DNA from: a virus
Direction: 5' to 3' (one strand)
Length of the DNA stretch: 64,000 nt
IMG/VR virus record: IMGVR_UViG_3300043411_001118
Span: 1 to 64,000 of that record
Shown: positions 40,026-50,059 of the stretch, piece after piece
How the letters are laid out: every line of letters begins with the position of its first letter
Numbering within the stretch: position 1 is the first letter of the stretch
The notes under the pieces: generated by a model
What the model saw: only the letters and a program-made list of their open reading frames with translations
Databases searched by the model: none
Told to the model about the DNA's origin: nothing
Position numbers and translations under genes: made by a program

Positions 40026-40880
40026 TTAAAAATCTCCTACAGAACCAGAAAGTTGTCTCAGACCATTCGACAAAAGGAAATTATATATTTTTGAACGTCC
40101 AACCGGCTTATGGTTATCGTATGTTTGAATGATCTTATCCTTCAATGCTTCTGGTGTAAAGGATAGGTCAATTAGCCACTGATTCCTTTCATAGTTTTTC
40201 TTCTTAACCTCAGTATCACAAACAGCATCAAGAGGCATTTTGATCCATTCATCAAGTTTGACTTGGTAAATGTTTTTCTGCCTCTTATCTGGATTCATGA
40301 TAGCATCATCATCCGATAGAAAATTCGGAACCCCGTCTCCCTTATCACCCTCAAAAATCTTTCTCTTGAGAGCAATGATTGGGCAATCTGGTTTTAAAAA
40401 CCTCTTTTTTCCTGGAGAAAATTGAGACACCAAGGGATATTTTTGAAGTTGAATAAAATCTTCATCTGACGAAACGATCACAATCGGTTCAACAGTTCCA
40501 AATCTTGTTGCTAATACTCCGATAATATCGTCTGCCTCTGCGCCATCAACCTCCACAAGTTTATAAGGCATGTTATCTCGTAGTTCGGATTTGATGATAT
40601 CAAAGCACTTAAAAATTTCTTCCCAATCGAACCCAGATTTTTCTCTAGCAGATTTCCTCTTTCCCTTATAATGAGTGAATCGCGCCTTCCTCCAAGTATT
40701 TTTTGCATCACAGCAAATAACTAGTTCGCCGTACTCATGAAAAAATTTTCTTCGATAAAATAACAGGGTTTTGTATGCCATGTGTCTTACGAGATCCACT
40801 GATATCTCAGCATTTGGATCGGACCCAATTTGGATCATAAGACTTGAAATCATTATTTGACTGAAATCTATTAACTGCAT
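40026..40880 (-). CDS. rnh: T4-type RNase H / 5'-3' exonuclease
   Basis: LIDFSQI, WRK..F..YK..R, EADDII, SSDEDF.QL, GDKGDGVPN. Confidence 0.95.
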   Translation of the reverse strand: MQLIDFSQIMISSLMIQIGSDPNAEISVDLVRHMAYKTLLFYRRKFFHEYGELVICCDAKNTWRKARFTHYKGKRKSAREKSGFDWEEIFKCFDIIKSELRDNMPYKLVEVDGAEADDIIGVLATRFGTVEPIVIVSSDEDFIQLQKYPLVSQFSPGKKRFLKPDCPIIALKRKIFEGDKGDGVPNFLSDDDAIMNPDKRQKNIYQVKLDEWIKMPLDAVCDTEVKKKNYERNQWLIDLSFTPEALKDKIIQTYDNHKPVGRSKIYNFLLSNGLRQLSGSVGDF

Positions 40881-40996
40881 GATTAACCCACCCAAAAATC
40901 GTACATAAATTTTACCAATGTCATTGTCGAAAATGTTATAATAAGAATAAGGGACACATAAAAAAAGAAGTTTGCAATCTTATACATATTTGATCC

Positions 40997-42379
40997 TTAC
41001 AAAGTAACTAGTTCCCAGTCTGGTTTACGAACATTGATTTCTGATGTGTGGAAATATAATTCCAATGCAGCCATCAATTCATAATCCTTCTCTGTTCCAC
41101 CAACGCGCTCCAATTCAATATCTCCAAGAAGTGTTTCGAATGTTGGATGAAAATCGTCCTTGGTCAATTCCGACACAGATTCAACATCCCTGTTAGAAAT
41201 TTTCATCTTCCCGCCATAGCGATACTTGCAATATCGATCAAAGTATTGAAGATTTTTTCCAGATAATACCGGAACATTATTAACAGCGAATCGAGAATAC
41301 AAATGATTGGCCTCAATGTTTTTTAGAGAAACTAAGTGCTGTATGTTGTTTCGATGTATCGCCTCATGTAATGCATCGATTCCCTCAAACGGAAGTTTGT
41401 AAATGTGAGCCTCTACATCACAATCAATTGGTGGCCAAAAATTTCTAGTGTTCATTTCAGAAAATTCTTCACATGCCACAGCCGCAAGCATTCCTATTTC
41501 TTCTGTTGGTGTGTATGTATCATCAACATAAAATTGAGACATGGCACGATTGAAATAGAATACTGAATTCTTCCCTTCTCCAGCTTGGTACTTGTTTAAA
41601 TTAATCCAAAGTGCGTAATTTTTATCTCCACACAAATATGCAAATTGAGACACGTTAACAACATCATCTAATCTATTTGTCGATGAATCTTTCCAGACCG
41701 GAAAGACCCTCTTAACAATTGATCCTGGTTCTTCTAAGAGTCTTGGTTCGTAAGCAACATAATTTCGAATATCTGCGCCGTAAGTTTCGGCCAAATATTT
41801 TGCAAGTTTGATTGTTAAATTAACATCGTCCCTGGACTCATGCGTTTGATCTCCGGTCATTAGACCGAATTTCGAACAAAGATTTTCCAGTTTCAATGTC
41901 GTTTTCTGATCGATGATATCAATCTTATCGAGGAATTTTTGTTCACATGTTGCGAGACGTTGCGCCATATGTAACAAGTCTTTACATTGAACCGCCTTCC
42001 CCCAATATGGAGAAATGCCATTACGAATCATACATGTTCTTAAATATTTGATATCGAATTTATTTGAGTTATACCCAATCAATCGAACTGGTTCTCCTGA
42101 GCTATCGGCCCTCTCAGAAATTCCTCTAACAAACCTTTCAATCTTAACCATGGCTTCAACCTCTGTCATTGCATATGGATCGCTTTGATGATCCATAACA
42201 TTAATGCGGTTGATTTTGATTGCCTTTGGTTTCGGAAGAACCAATCGATTTAATTTGATTGAAGATGAAAGAGTTTCGAGAACTTCCCAAGTTTCATCAA
42301 CTAAAGTGAAACAAAAATTTAGAATTTGGCCAGTAGTTGCAAGATCTGTGGTTTCCAGATCGTAAAAAATTGATTTCAT
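40997..42379 (-). CDS. DEDDh 3'-5' exonuclease (ExoI/SbcB-like)
   Basis: FYDLETT, GYNS.KFD, HE...DV. Confidence 0.8.
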   Translation of the reverse strand: MKSIFYDLETTDLATTGQILNFCFTLVDETWEVLETLSSSIKLNRLVLPKPKAIKINRINVMDHQSDPYAMTEVEAMVKIERFVRGISERADSSGEPVRLIGYNSNKFDIKYLRTCMIRNGISPYWGKAVQCKDLLHMAQRLATCEQKFLDKIDIIDQKTTLKLENLCSKFGLMTGDQTHESRDDVNLTIKLAKYLAETYGADIRNYVAYEPRLLEEPGSIVKRVFPVWKDSSTNRLDDVVNVSQFAYLCGDKNYALWINLNKYQAGEGKNSVFYFNRAMSQFYVDDTYTPTEEIGMLAAVACEEFSEMNTRNFWPPIDCDVEAHIYKLPFEGIDALHEAIHRNNIQHLVSLKNIEANHLYSRFAVNNVPVLSGKNLQYFDRYCKYRYGGKMKISNRDVESVSELTKDDFHPTFETLLGDIELERVGGTEKDYELMAALELYFHTSEINVRKPDWELVTL

Positions 42380-42396
42380 TTCTACTCCGAGAAAAT

Positions 42397-43124
42397 TTAA
42401 TCAATTCTGACACAATAGTATTTGTCTGTATAGATATTGCCCCATGGCTTTAAAATTACACTAGAATCGTCCGGGGTAATCTTTTCAAACCGGACAGACG
42501 AATTTATAAAATCGTGACCCACATAAGTCACCTTGTCTTTACAATAATCATCATGACTCATCTGGTGATATAAATGGTACTTCTCCCCGACAATCATCTT
42601 CGATTCGGTTTCTTTGTGGGCTTCAAACTCTTGTTTGGTTATTGGTTCGCTCATGATTTATTTGGACCTCTTCTTAGGTTTGGGACGGTCTGCCAGATTC
42701 ATTTCTTTCTCAAAGAATTTTAAAAAATCTACGTCGAGTGGTTTTTGTGGCCATCTCGAAATGTTAGAAATATAATTTGTTCCCATGCATGGAGAGATCA
42801 CATCAATTATCAAAGAGATTGGCGTATGTCTAAAATTAAGACTGAGTGTTCTAGTAATTCCGTGATTAACCGAAATTTCCACACTGTCCAGTAGATACAC
42901 GTCAAACGTTTTCTTCTTCCATTTTAATGTTCTGATTTTCCACATTATGATGTCACCAAAATTAAATCCTTTTCTTCGGTGGTGTGAATCTCTTTTAATG
43001 GTAGTTTTTCGAAGTTGTCTGGAACGGAAAGCCAAACTAGCCTTTCCTTACCAGTCAGTGGATCAAAATCGTTCAACTGAAACAGCAACGTTCTTAGCTC
43101 TTGAATGGTTATTTGTTTGTCCAT
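42397..43124 (-). other. three small hypothetical ORFs (42397..42654, 42658..42945, hand-found 59-aa 42945..43124)
   Basis: TAATG coupling at 42943-42947; promoter-like TTGACA-16-TAAGAT at 43171-43198. Confidence 0.6.
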
Positions 43125-43216
43125 TATGACCCTTGATGGTTATTACTTTACCCATTTAGAATTCTCGCTTATCTTACCAAGTATATAATGACTGTCAAGA
43201 ATCGATTTTATTAAAA

Positions 43217-44038
43217 ATGAAAAAATACTTAATTCCTCCATGCGCTTATCAAGGCGGCAAACAACGATTATCTAAAATCATTGTTGACGAAATTTTAAAA
43301 AATACAGATTCAACAACCAACTTTGTCGATCTCTGTTGTGGGAGTGGTGCAATTTCTTTGGAGTTAATCAATCGAGGAACTTCTCCAAAACAAATAACAA
43401 TGGTCGATCTTTCTCCGTGGGGTTTGTTCTGGGAATCGATTGGAAACGAAACCTTCAATCTGATGACATGGAAGTTTTGTATTGATTCAATCCCAACAGA
43501 TCCTAGACTGATCAAATCTTACGTTGAACACATTCGAAATTCTAAACCAGGAGAAAATAAATTATATGAATTTTTAATTTTACAGGCATGTTCGTTTGGT
43601 TCCACACCGGTCTATATTAAAAATGGTATTTGGAATCAATGTGGCTTCAGAAACTACTGGACCCCAACAGCTACGAGCAATAGAAAATCTCATGTGAATC
43701 CGATGATGCCTATGCCACAAACCTTATATCAAAGAGTTGTTGATATAGTACAAACTGCTAATGGAGTTTGTGGATATTGTACAAACGTAGAAACGTTCGC
43801 CCCCGAAAAATCTTCTGTTGTTTATATTGATCCACCATATCAGAAAACTTCTGGGTATGGATATAATTTTGATTACATGACATTCATTAAAAATAATCCA
43901 ACCACAAAAATTTATCTATCAGAAGGAATTTCTTTATCCGAGAATTCGATTCTTCTTTCAAATATCAGAAAGAAGGGTGGAATCAGTGGATCAAGAAAAT
44001 CTTCCAACGAAGAATGGCTTAATATTTTTGGTTCCTAA
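43217..44038 (+). CDS. DNA adenine methyltransferase (D12 class), specificity unknown
   Basis: YQGGKQR, DLCCGSGA, YIDPPY; inverted relative to neighbours. Confidence 0.88.
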   Translation: MKKYLIPPCAYQGGKQRLSKIIVDEILKNTDSTTNFVDLCCGSGAISLELINRGTSPKQITMVDLSPWGLFWESIGNETFNLMTWKFCIDSIPTDPRLIKSYVEHIRNSKPGENKLYEFLILQACSFGSTPVYIKNGIWNQCGFRNYWTPTATSNRKSHVNPMMPMPQTLYQRVVDIVQTANGVCGYCTNVETFAPEKSSVVYIDPPYQKTSGYGYNFDYMTFIKNNPTTKIYLSEGISLSENSILLSNIRKKGGISGSRKSSNEEWLNIFGS

Positions 44039-44802
44039 AGATTCGTTTGTGGTAGTTTTATAGCAACCATTCCAACCGCCTCAACTAGCTTCGCATCGTC
44101 AATTAAGTGGTCAGCGAGCCGCGCCATAACCTGAGACGCATACTTTTCTGCCTGTGTTCCTGTCCCATTGTATTCACGGAAACACTCCCTCAGCCTTTTA
44201 CTCTTTGGGTTAACTTCGCGCCTGTCGTAAAGACACTGTGAGATTATTTTGAGTCCACAATCCAAATTGGTGCTGGTCGATAATAGGTCTGTGTAATTTT
44301 CGATCCCACAAAAATCCTTCCAGATGATATATGACACTTGCATTAAACCAAACGAAGAGAATTGAAGATCGTACTCGATATCATTCATCCACGCTTGCTT
44401 TGGATATTTTTTGCTATATTGGGTTTTCCAAGATTCCTCAAACCGAATTCTTGTTGGAGCAAGGTTCGATTCCTGGTCCACGATTGCCCAGGTGATGGCC
44501 GGACTGACCCCGTACTTCGATGAATACGTTCTAACGACTGTATCTAGGTCGGCAACGGATGGACCGTTCTCTGGTCTATACTCAATAACTTTAAAATGCT
44601 CTTTGATTCTGTATGAATAATAGTCAACTTTATCTTGTGACCAAGTGAGAGCCTGTTCTGTATATTTTGCAACTTGAACTGAAACCAAAATGAACGCGAT
44701 TAAAAAGAAAGAATACTTAAAGGTTCTTTTCCAGAATAATTTTTTTCTATTTGGAATTTCCTGCTCTTTAGTGAGCGTAATAATATTTTCAGAATTAGAC
44801 AT
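44035..44802 (-). CDS. membrane-anchored lytic transglycosylase (SLT)
   Basis: N-terminal TM; IVDQES, SFGLMQV, YNG. Confidence 0.88.
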   Translation of the reverse strand: MSNSENIITLTKEQEIPNRKKLFWKRTFKYSFFLIAFILVSVQVAKYTEQALTWSQDKVDYYSYRIKEHFKVIEYRPENGPSVADLDTVVRTYSSKYGVSPAITWAIVDQESNLAPTRIRFEESWKTQYSKKYPKQAWMNDIEYDLQFSSFGLMQVSYIIWKDFCGIENYTDLLSTSTNLDCGLKIISQCLYDRREVNPKSKRLRECFREYNGTGTQAEKYASQVMARLADHLIDDAKLVEAVGMVAIKLPQTNL

Positions 44803-44846
44803 ATAATCTCCTGTTTCTGATTAAAAAATTAAACTACAATAGAGCG

Positions 44847-44875
44847 AGAATATCAAACCGATCCAAAATTGTCAA
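44847..44875 (-). promoter_or_regulatory. sigma70-type early promoter
   Basis: TTGACA-17-TATTCT, TTTGGAT in spacer. Confidence 0.78.
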
Positions 44876-44909
44876 AACAAATTTACTTTGTTGGGAACGG
44901 TGTTTGAAA

Positions 44910-44984
44910 GGTTGCAGGGACGGGATTTGCACCCGTGTTCTACAGAGTATGAGTCTGTCGAGATACTAGCTTCTCCACCCTGCT
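44910..44984 (-). tRNA. tRNA-Met(CAT), atypical initiator-like
   Basis: cloverleaf AGCAGGG/CCCTGCA, GAGA/TCTC, ACAGA-CTCATAC-TCTGT, ACGGG-TGCAAAT-CCCGT, 3' ACC. Confidence 0.88.
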
Positions 44985-44990
44985 ATGAAT

Positions 44991-45317
44991 CTATTCGTTA
45001 TTTATGATTTTGAAGTCCAAGATAGTATCCAAGTTGAACGATCTCCATTCATTGGTCTTGGTTTCAAGGACCGGCAAATTTTTTGGATTCTTGGCCCTTG
45101 GCTTAGTTTCTTCCCCCAATTCTGCCTTTGTTGGTGGAAGCATTTCATTTATTAGTGTGCATTCCATCACGCGCTTCGTTCCATCAGCTTTTTGAAAAGT
45201 GACTTCGCAAATATTCTGCTTCATACATTGCTGCATGACGTGTCTGAGCGTATACAAGTATTTTTGCTCTAGAGTTAATTCGGTAACAGACGTTGGTTCC
45301 ATTGTATTTTCTGTCAT
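44991..45317 (-). CDS. WYL-like / SH3 beta-barrel protein conserved in T4-like phages
   Basis: VTFQKADGTKRVMECTL...WRSF. Confidence 0.8.
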   Translation of the reverse strand: MTENTMEPTSVTELTLEQKYLYTLRHVMQQCMKQNICEVTFQKADGTKRVMECTLINEMLPPTKAELGEETKPRAKNPKNLPVLETKTNEWRSFNLDTILDFKIINNE

Positions 45318-45772
45318 AACACTTTTCCTTGATATCGATCAGTCGTATGATGATCGGTTAGTCTATTCTGTCTTTCAACAAATTTCAAATATCCCTCCGG
45401 GATGTATTGCTTATTTGCTGCGCGATATTCATCAGAAAGTTTGTCGGTCCTTCCAGATAAAATTGTTTCATAATCGTACTTCCATTTCTCTGGAACGTCA
45501 AATACAAATGCCCTGTAGCCAGGTTCGGGAATATACTCGATTATATAATTTGGATATTTTGTAATACGATCTACTTGTTCATAATATTGTTTATCGCCAT
45601 AGCCAGTTTTAGATAGCCATAGATGCAATTTTAGAACATATTTTGGCTGATTATTATGTTGTATGGAGATGTCACAAAAATTCGGAAGATCGTTTAAAGG
45701 AATTTCGAAGAATGGAAAAAACCAGAACGCACAATTTTCTTTTCCGCTTGCAAAATCACGAACTTTTCTCAT
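45314..45772 (-). CDS. hypothetical protein
   Basis: coupled ORF. Confidence 0.65.
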   Translation of the reverse strand: MRKVRDFASGKENCAFWFFPFFEIPLNDLPNFCDISIQHNNQPKYVLKLHLWLSKTGYGDKQYYEQVDRITKYPNYIIEYIPEPGYRAFVFDVPEKWKYDYETILSGRTDKLSDEYRAANKQYIPEGYLKFVERQNRLTDHHTTDRYQGKVL

Positions 45773-46376
45773 TTGGTTTTATGATATTTTGGTGGAGATA
45801 CTTGCACAAATAGTATGCATCAATTAAATCGTCCGTTGGATTAGTTTTCTTCAATCCTTCAGTTCCGAGTAGTATACCTAATTTGATGCCAGTTTGCTCC
45901 AAAAAGGATTCATAAATTTGATCTTTTTTTGCATTCCCCTTTCCAGTAGCAAATTTTTTTAGTGTGCCAGGAGAGATTGCGGAATATTTTATTCTTGGAT
46001 GATTTTTGTAAAATTTGTGTTTAAGAACTCCACCATTTTCTCCGATATGAAATCCGGCACCCCTTGATCCATAGGAGTAATCCTCTAATAAGATTACAGA
46101 TTGTGGAAGGATTTTGGACATTGCCCAGGATGACAAATCATCAAATCTTTTCTCGCTGTCATTAAACAATGGAGCCAATGTTCCAATAATATTTTTTTCG
46201 TAAACTCCAGCCTTACTTTTCTGTGTGGTATAGAAATTGAATATGCAAGTCTCGTACTTGAAATCTAACCACAGAGGATGGGAACAGATCGCAGGACTTG
46301 TCATCGACAAGTCAATTCCAACAACGTTATAATAAATATCATCAATACCAAAGTCTAAACTTCGATTCGTCTTCAA
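45756..46376 (-). CDS. RuvC-like Holliday junction resolvase
   Basis: GIDLSMTSP, EDYSYG, KKFATGKGNAKK, DLIDAY. Confidence 0.85.
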   Translation of the reverse strand: MKTNRSLDFGIDDIYYNVVGIDLSMTSPAICSHPLWLDFKYETCIFNFYTTQKSKAGVYEKNIIGTLAPLFNDSEKRFDDLSSWAMSKILPQSVILLEDYSYGSRGAGFHIGENGGVLKHKFYKNHPRIKYSAISPGTLKKFATGKGNAKKDQIYESFLEQTGIKLGILLGTEGLKKTNPTDDLIDAYYLCKYLHQNIIKPNEKSS

Positions 46377-46528
46377 TCCGAATCGTCTACCTCTTTCTCA
46401 AAATCATCGTCATCTTCCTCAGTAACAATTTCTTCTCCGCAAAACGGACAGAAACAAATTGGTTCGCGCACCTCATACAAAACCGAATATACAATATCGC
46501 AATTCGGACACTCGATCTTAACTTTCAT
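46373..46528 (-). CDS. 51-aa zinc-ribbon protein with acidic tail (missed by the ORF track)
   Basis: hand translation MKVKIECPNC...FCPFCGEEIVTEEDDDD. Confidence 0.75.
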   Translation of the reverse strand: MKVKIECPNCDIVYSVLYEVREPICFCPFCGEEIVTEEDDDDFEKEVDDSD

Positions 46529-46724
46529 TCAGCAATTTCCTTTTATCTTGTGATTGATTTTCTACTTCCCCTAGTTCTTGAAAGTCAGTAAAACTCATTG
46601 AAGTCTTATGAACAAGGTTCATAAAATCTTTAAATTTGTTAAGTGCAGCCGCCGAATCTTTCGCGGTACAGCCCCACTGTCGGCTTGTGTTTTCGATGTT
46701 ATATGTGAATTGATATTTCTTCAT
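46518..46724 (-). CDS. hypothetical protein
   Basis: AAGGA RBS, coupled. Confidence 0.6.
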   Translation of the reverse strand: MKKYQFTYNIENTSRQWGCTAKDSAAALNKFKDFMNLVHKTSMSFTDFQELGEVENQSQDKRKLLNES

Positions 46725-46738
46725 GTTTCCTTATATAG

Positions 46739-49009
46739 CTAATTCAATGGTTGTTTATTAAAATCAACCGGACATGCCCCACCATCACACTTCACATGAG
46801 AAAAATCTAAGTCTTCCTTCTCTTCTCTAATTATTGCCCTAGAAATTTCTTCGTATTGAGCCTTAGTAATTGGTTCTTCTGGTTGATATTCATATGCGGT
46901 CATATCTGCTTGTGGCATGACCGAACAACACTTAATTTTTTTCTGATGTAAGTACAACATCCGTTTAAATTCTGCATAAGAAACTAATTCTGGACGATAC
47001 TTAAGAGTATAAGAAATCTGATTTCCGTATTGTTGTTCTTGTTGAACCCCATTTTCATCTATCCCATCTATCCAATATTTTTCTCCGAGAACCAACCATT
47101 GATATTGCTCTCCTGGTGTAGCATCTCCTGCCATAACCAACCTATCCTCCATCCCCAATGACGCAATTGTTGGACAAGTCGGAAACCCGATAATAACGGT
47201 TCCTTGATAAGTTTTTAATTCTCTTGTTGGATACCCAGATTTTTTATACGTCTCGACCAAAGAATCATCCGAACGAAACTGCACCCATCGTAAATAATAA
47301 CTCATTGCGGGAAGGTGCCAGCCTTCAGTAAGACCAAAAATTTTCGATGTAGTACCGGCTGGCTTGATGGTTGTCATCGTATGTGGAATATTTCGTCCAA
47401 GAATTTTTGAATATTTTTCGGACTCATCTTTTACTGCATGGTTAAATCTATTGAGCGTTAACCAAAAATCTTTTGATTTCTTTTCATCGATTAAATCTCT
47501 AAAACCATAACCAAAAAATTTCCATGCGAATTCGTGAATACCTGTAATACCAACTCCAATCCGATTTGTTCGATCTACTTCTTTCTTGTATAAAAAATCC
47601 ATTAGATTTGTTCTGATGAGCGCCCGTGTAGTTGCGCGAAACGCATCTTCTGCTTCATCTAACGTATCGGCATGAAATGGAACAACATCAGCTATTGTGC
47701 AATAGGCACCAAGCATGTTTAGAGCCACTTCACCACATGGGTTAGTGATCATTACATTTTTTTTCTTCTTTGCTCTCTTTGCCAGTTTACTCATCAGTAT
47801 TTGAGTATCATCATTAAGCTGATATTTTTTACTTCCAACGTAATCGCCCCGATTCAAATCTTCCCATCCAGACAAATTTTGAGCCAACTTATCTTGATTA
47901 ATAATCCCCGGTTCTCCTGTTCCATCTGCATAAGAACAGAGTGTTAATAATTCATGAACCTTTCTTGCATGAATTGCTAATTCGGATTTGTATTTCGAGT
48001 CTTTCTTTTTGAGTGATAGTAAATCCCAATATTCTTTATCGACCGTAACGCTATTATTTGAAGACCACAAAAAACTGAACAAGGACGATTGTTTTCTGAG
48101 ATTAATTATTTTTTCTAAATCCGCGCCGATAAATTCTATCGGACGCTTTATTTGAATAAAGTCTAAAATTGTTTTGTCTCTCCAATTTTTTGTGGACATC
48201 CGGGCTGCGCGTCTCGCACCACCAACCAATACACACTCCGCGAAATAATGATCAATGAACAGTGCTTGTTTCCATGCCGACAGGCCAGCGCCTTTTAATG
48301 ATGCTGCCTTTTGAAAAGCGTTCATCAATGGAACGGGACCACTCGCAGGACGATTTTGCATCCCACCAATCAAAGAACCTCTGCACCTAACTTTTGAAAA
48401 ATCCAAGATCAGCATTTTATCTCGGTGAATTTTTTCGAACGCCGAATTTTCCCAAATTTCTAATGCCTTAGCCCAACCTTCTCGACTATCTGGAACCTCG
48501 AACCAAAGAATGTCCTTTCCGTTTCCGTATTTGTGTTTAGCATCCCTAGCACTTTCATGTGCTGAAAAATCGAAATCTTTGTGCGTTTCGTCTAAAACAC
48601 ATCTAATCGTTGGAGCATTATCCCAATTCACAACAATAACATCATCATCATATGCACGACCCACACCCGACCCATTTAAAAGCAAATAAAATAATAAAAA
48701 TGATGTTGGGGCAGTAGCACAATTGGTAAAAACCTCTCCATTTCTTAGTGGCTGATTAATATCTCCATGTTGTAAGTGTCTGCCCGATAACAGAATAGTT
48801 CCCTTAGCAATGTGTTGCTCTAAAATATTCCCCTCTTGTTCCCCACGATTCTCATCAGGATCTAATAATGAATTTCCTAATGCAACACGCTTTGCAACAT
48901 CCCCCCAAGATTCCCTTTCCCCATTTTCTTTAATTCTTAATATTGTTCTTTCAGCAACAGCTTGACCCATACCAGAGTCTAATTCTCTAACAAATATTTT
49001 ATTGGACAT
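46739..49009 (-). CDS. nrdJ: class II (B12-dependent) ribonucleotide reductase
   Basis: FTNC, DSREGW, TNPCGE, RIGVG.TG, TIKPAGT, C-terminal CDGGACP; no beta subunit adjacent. Confidence 0.85.
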   Translation of the reverse strand: MSNKIFVRELDSGMGQAVAERTILRIKENGERESWGDVAKRVALGNSLLDPDENRGEQEGNILEQHIAKGTILLSGRHLQHGDINQPLRNGEVFTNCATAPTSFLLFYLLLNGSGVGRAYDDDVIVVNWDNAPTIRCVLDETHKDFDFSAHESARDAKHKYGNGKDILWFEVPDSREGWAKALEIWENSAFEKIHRDKMLILDFSKVRCRGSLIGGMQNRPASGPVPLMNAFQKAASLKGAGLSAWKQALFIDHYFAECVLVGGARRAARMSTKNWRDKTILDFIQIKRPIEFIGADLEKIINLRKQSSLFSFLWSSNNSVTVDKEYWDLLSLKKKDSKYKSELAIHARKVHELLTLCSYADGTGEPGIINQDKLAQNLSGWEDLNRGDYVGSKKYQLNDDTQILMSKLAKRAKKKKNVMITNPCGEVALNMLGAYCTIADVVPFHADTLDEAEDAFRATTRALIRTNLMDFLYKKEVDRTNRIGVGITGIHEFAWKFFGYGFRDLIDEKKSKDFWLTLNRFNHAVKDESEKYSKILGRNIPHTMTTIKPAGTTSKIFGLTEGWHLPAMSYYLRWVQFRSDDSLVETYKKSGYPTRELKTYQGTVIIGFPTCPTIASLGMEDRLVMAGDATPGEQYQWLVLGEKYWIDGIDENGVQQEQQYGNQISYTLKYRPELVSYAEFKRMLYLHQKKIKCCSVMPQADMTAYEYQPEEPITKAQYEEISRAIIREEKEDLDFSHVKCDGGACPVDFNKQPLN

Positions 49010-49088
49010 ATGACCTTAATAATTTTTGGATGTGTGTTTATATATCCAGAACGATTTTTAGTAAAGAAGTTTGAACGAAAACAACTAA

Positions 49089-50012
49089 TTAAATTTGAGA
49101 TAATTTTCTTTGTAATTTTGCAAGACCGTGAATGCATCCCAATTTGATATCGGATTTTCTCTTTGATGGCTCTTTAGCCTCAACCGAATCCTCTTCTAGC
49201 ATATTCAATACCGAATGCCATAACAAAAAATAATCTCCACCACTGAATTTGTGGACCGCAGATTTTAATTGTTCATCTGTTAACATCTGATCTAAATTTC
49301 TTCCACAAAATTCTGTACAAACTTCATATCCATCTACAGTTACACCAAATTGATTATTTGGAATAGCATGTCGCATGTCGTGGAATTCTAAAAAATCTGC
49401 CCCCGCTGGTCCTTGAGACGGCGCACTTCCAGATGGATTTCTAATTGTTTTAATTGATGGATCGACAGAATTTATTACATCAACAACTTTTTGTGCAGCC
49501 GCCGATGTGAAATTATCTTCGAGTCCTAAAACGATTCTTAACTCTCCGACACCATGCGCCTTATGAAAATCTACAATATCCTCGATCCGATTTCTCAAAT
49601 GAAAAAATGTTTTTGGATGATCGTGAACCAATCGTTTATTATACGCACCGGGATCTAATTTATAGAGTAAATTCCTAGAATCGATCTGGTTTTTCCTGCG
49701 ATCAACTTCGTTTGACAGATAGATTATTGTTGTGGAATTTTCTCCAGCAATCGAGTACCACTTCTTAATATTCTTCTTTCTTCGACCAAACGAATTCCAT
49801 ACAAAGGATATAACCTTACGCCCTTCGATATGATGATAAAAAGACAAAACGACATCAGCATGTTTTGGTGAATAACCTTGAAGTCCGAGTGGAGCTAATC
49901 CTATATCCATTACATTTTTCCTAGCACTAAAATTAAAGATTGGTTCAGTAAACATCAACAATGATAGGCATATACTTGTGACCGTGTAAAATACAGATTC
50001 GTGGATGGACAT
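49089..50012 (-). CDS. hypothetical protein with N-terminal hydrophobic segment
   Basis: 307-aa ORF. Confidence 0.7.
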   Translation of the reverse strand: MSIHESVFYTVTSICLSLLMFTEPIFNFSARKNVMDIGLAPLGLQGYSPKHADVVLSFYHHIEGRKVISFVWNSFGRRKKNIKKWYSIAGENSTTIIYLSNEVDRRKNQIDSRNLLYKLDPGAYNKRLVHDHPKTFFHLRNRIEDIVDFHKAHGVGELRIVLGLEDNFTSAAAQKVVDVINSVDPSIKTIRNPSGSAPSQGPAGADFLEFHDMRHAIPNNQFGVTVDGYEVCTEFCGRNLDQMLTDEQLKSAVHKFSGGDYFLLWHSVLNMLEEDSVEAKEPSKRKSDIKLGCIHGLAKLQRKLSQI

Positions 50013-50014
50013 AT

Positions 50015-50059
50015 TTAAATTCGTTACTCTCCTAGTGATTTAGGGAATAACGAATTTAA
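50015..50059 (-). promoter_or_regulatory. hairpin occupying the primase-downstream spacer
   Basis: 12-bp TTAAATTCGTTA/TAACGAATTTAA plus inner CCTA/TAGG. Confidence 0.55.
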
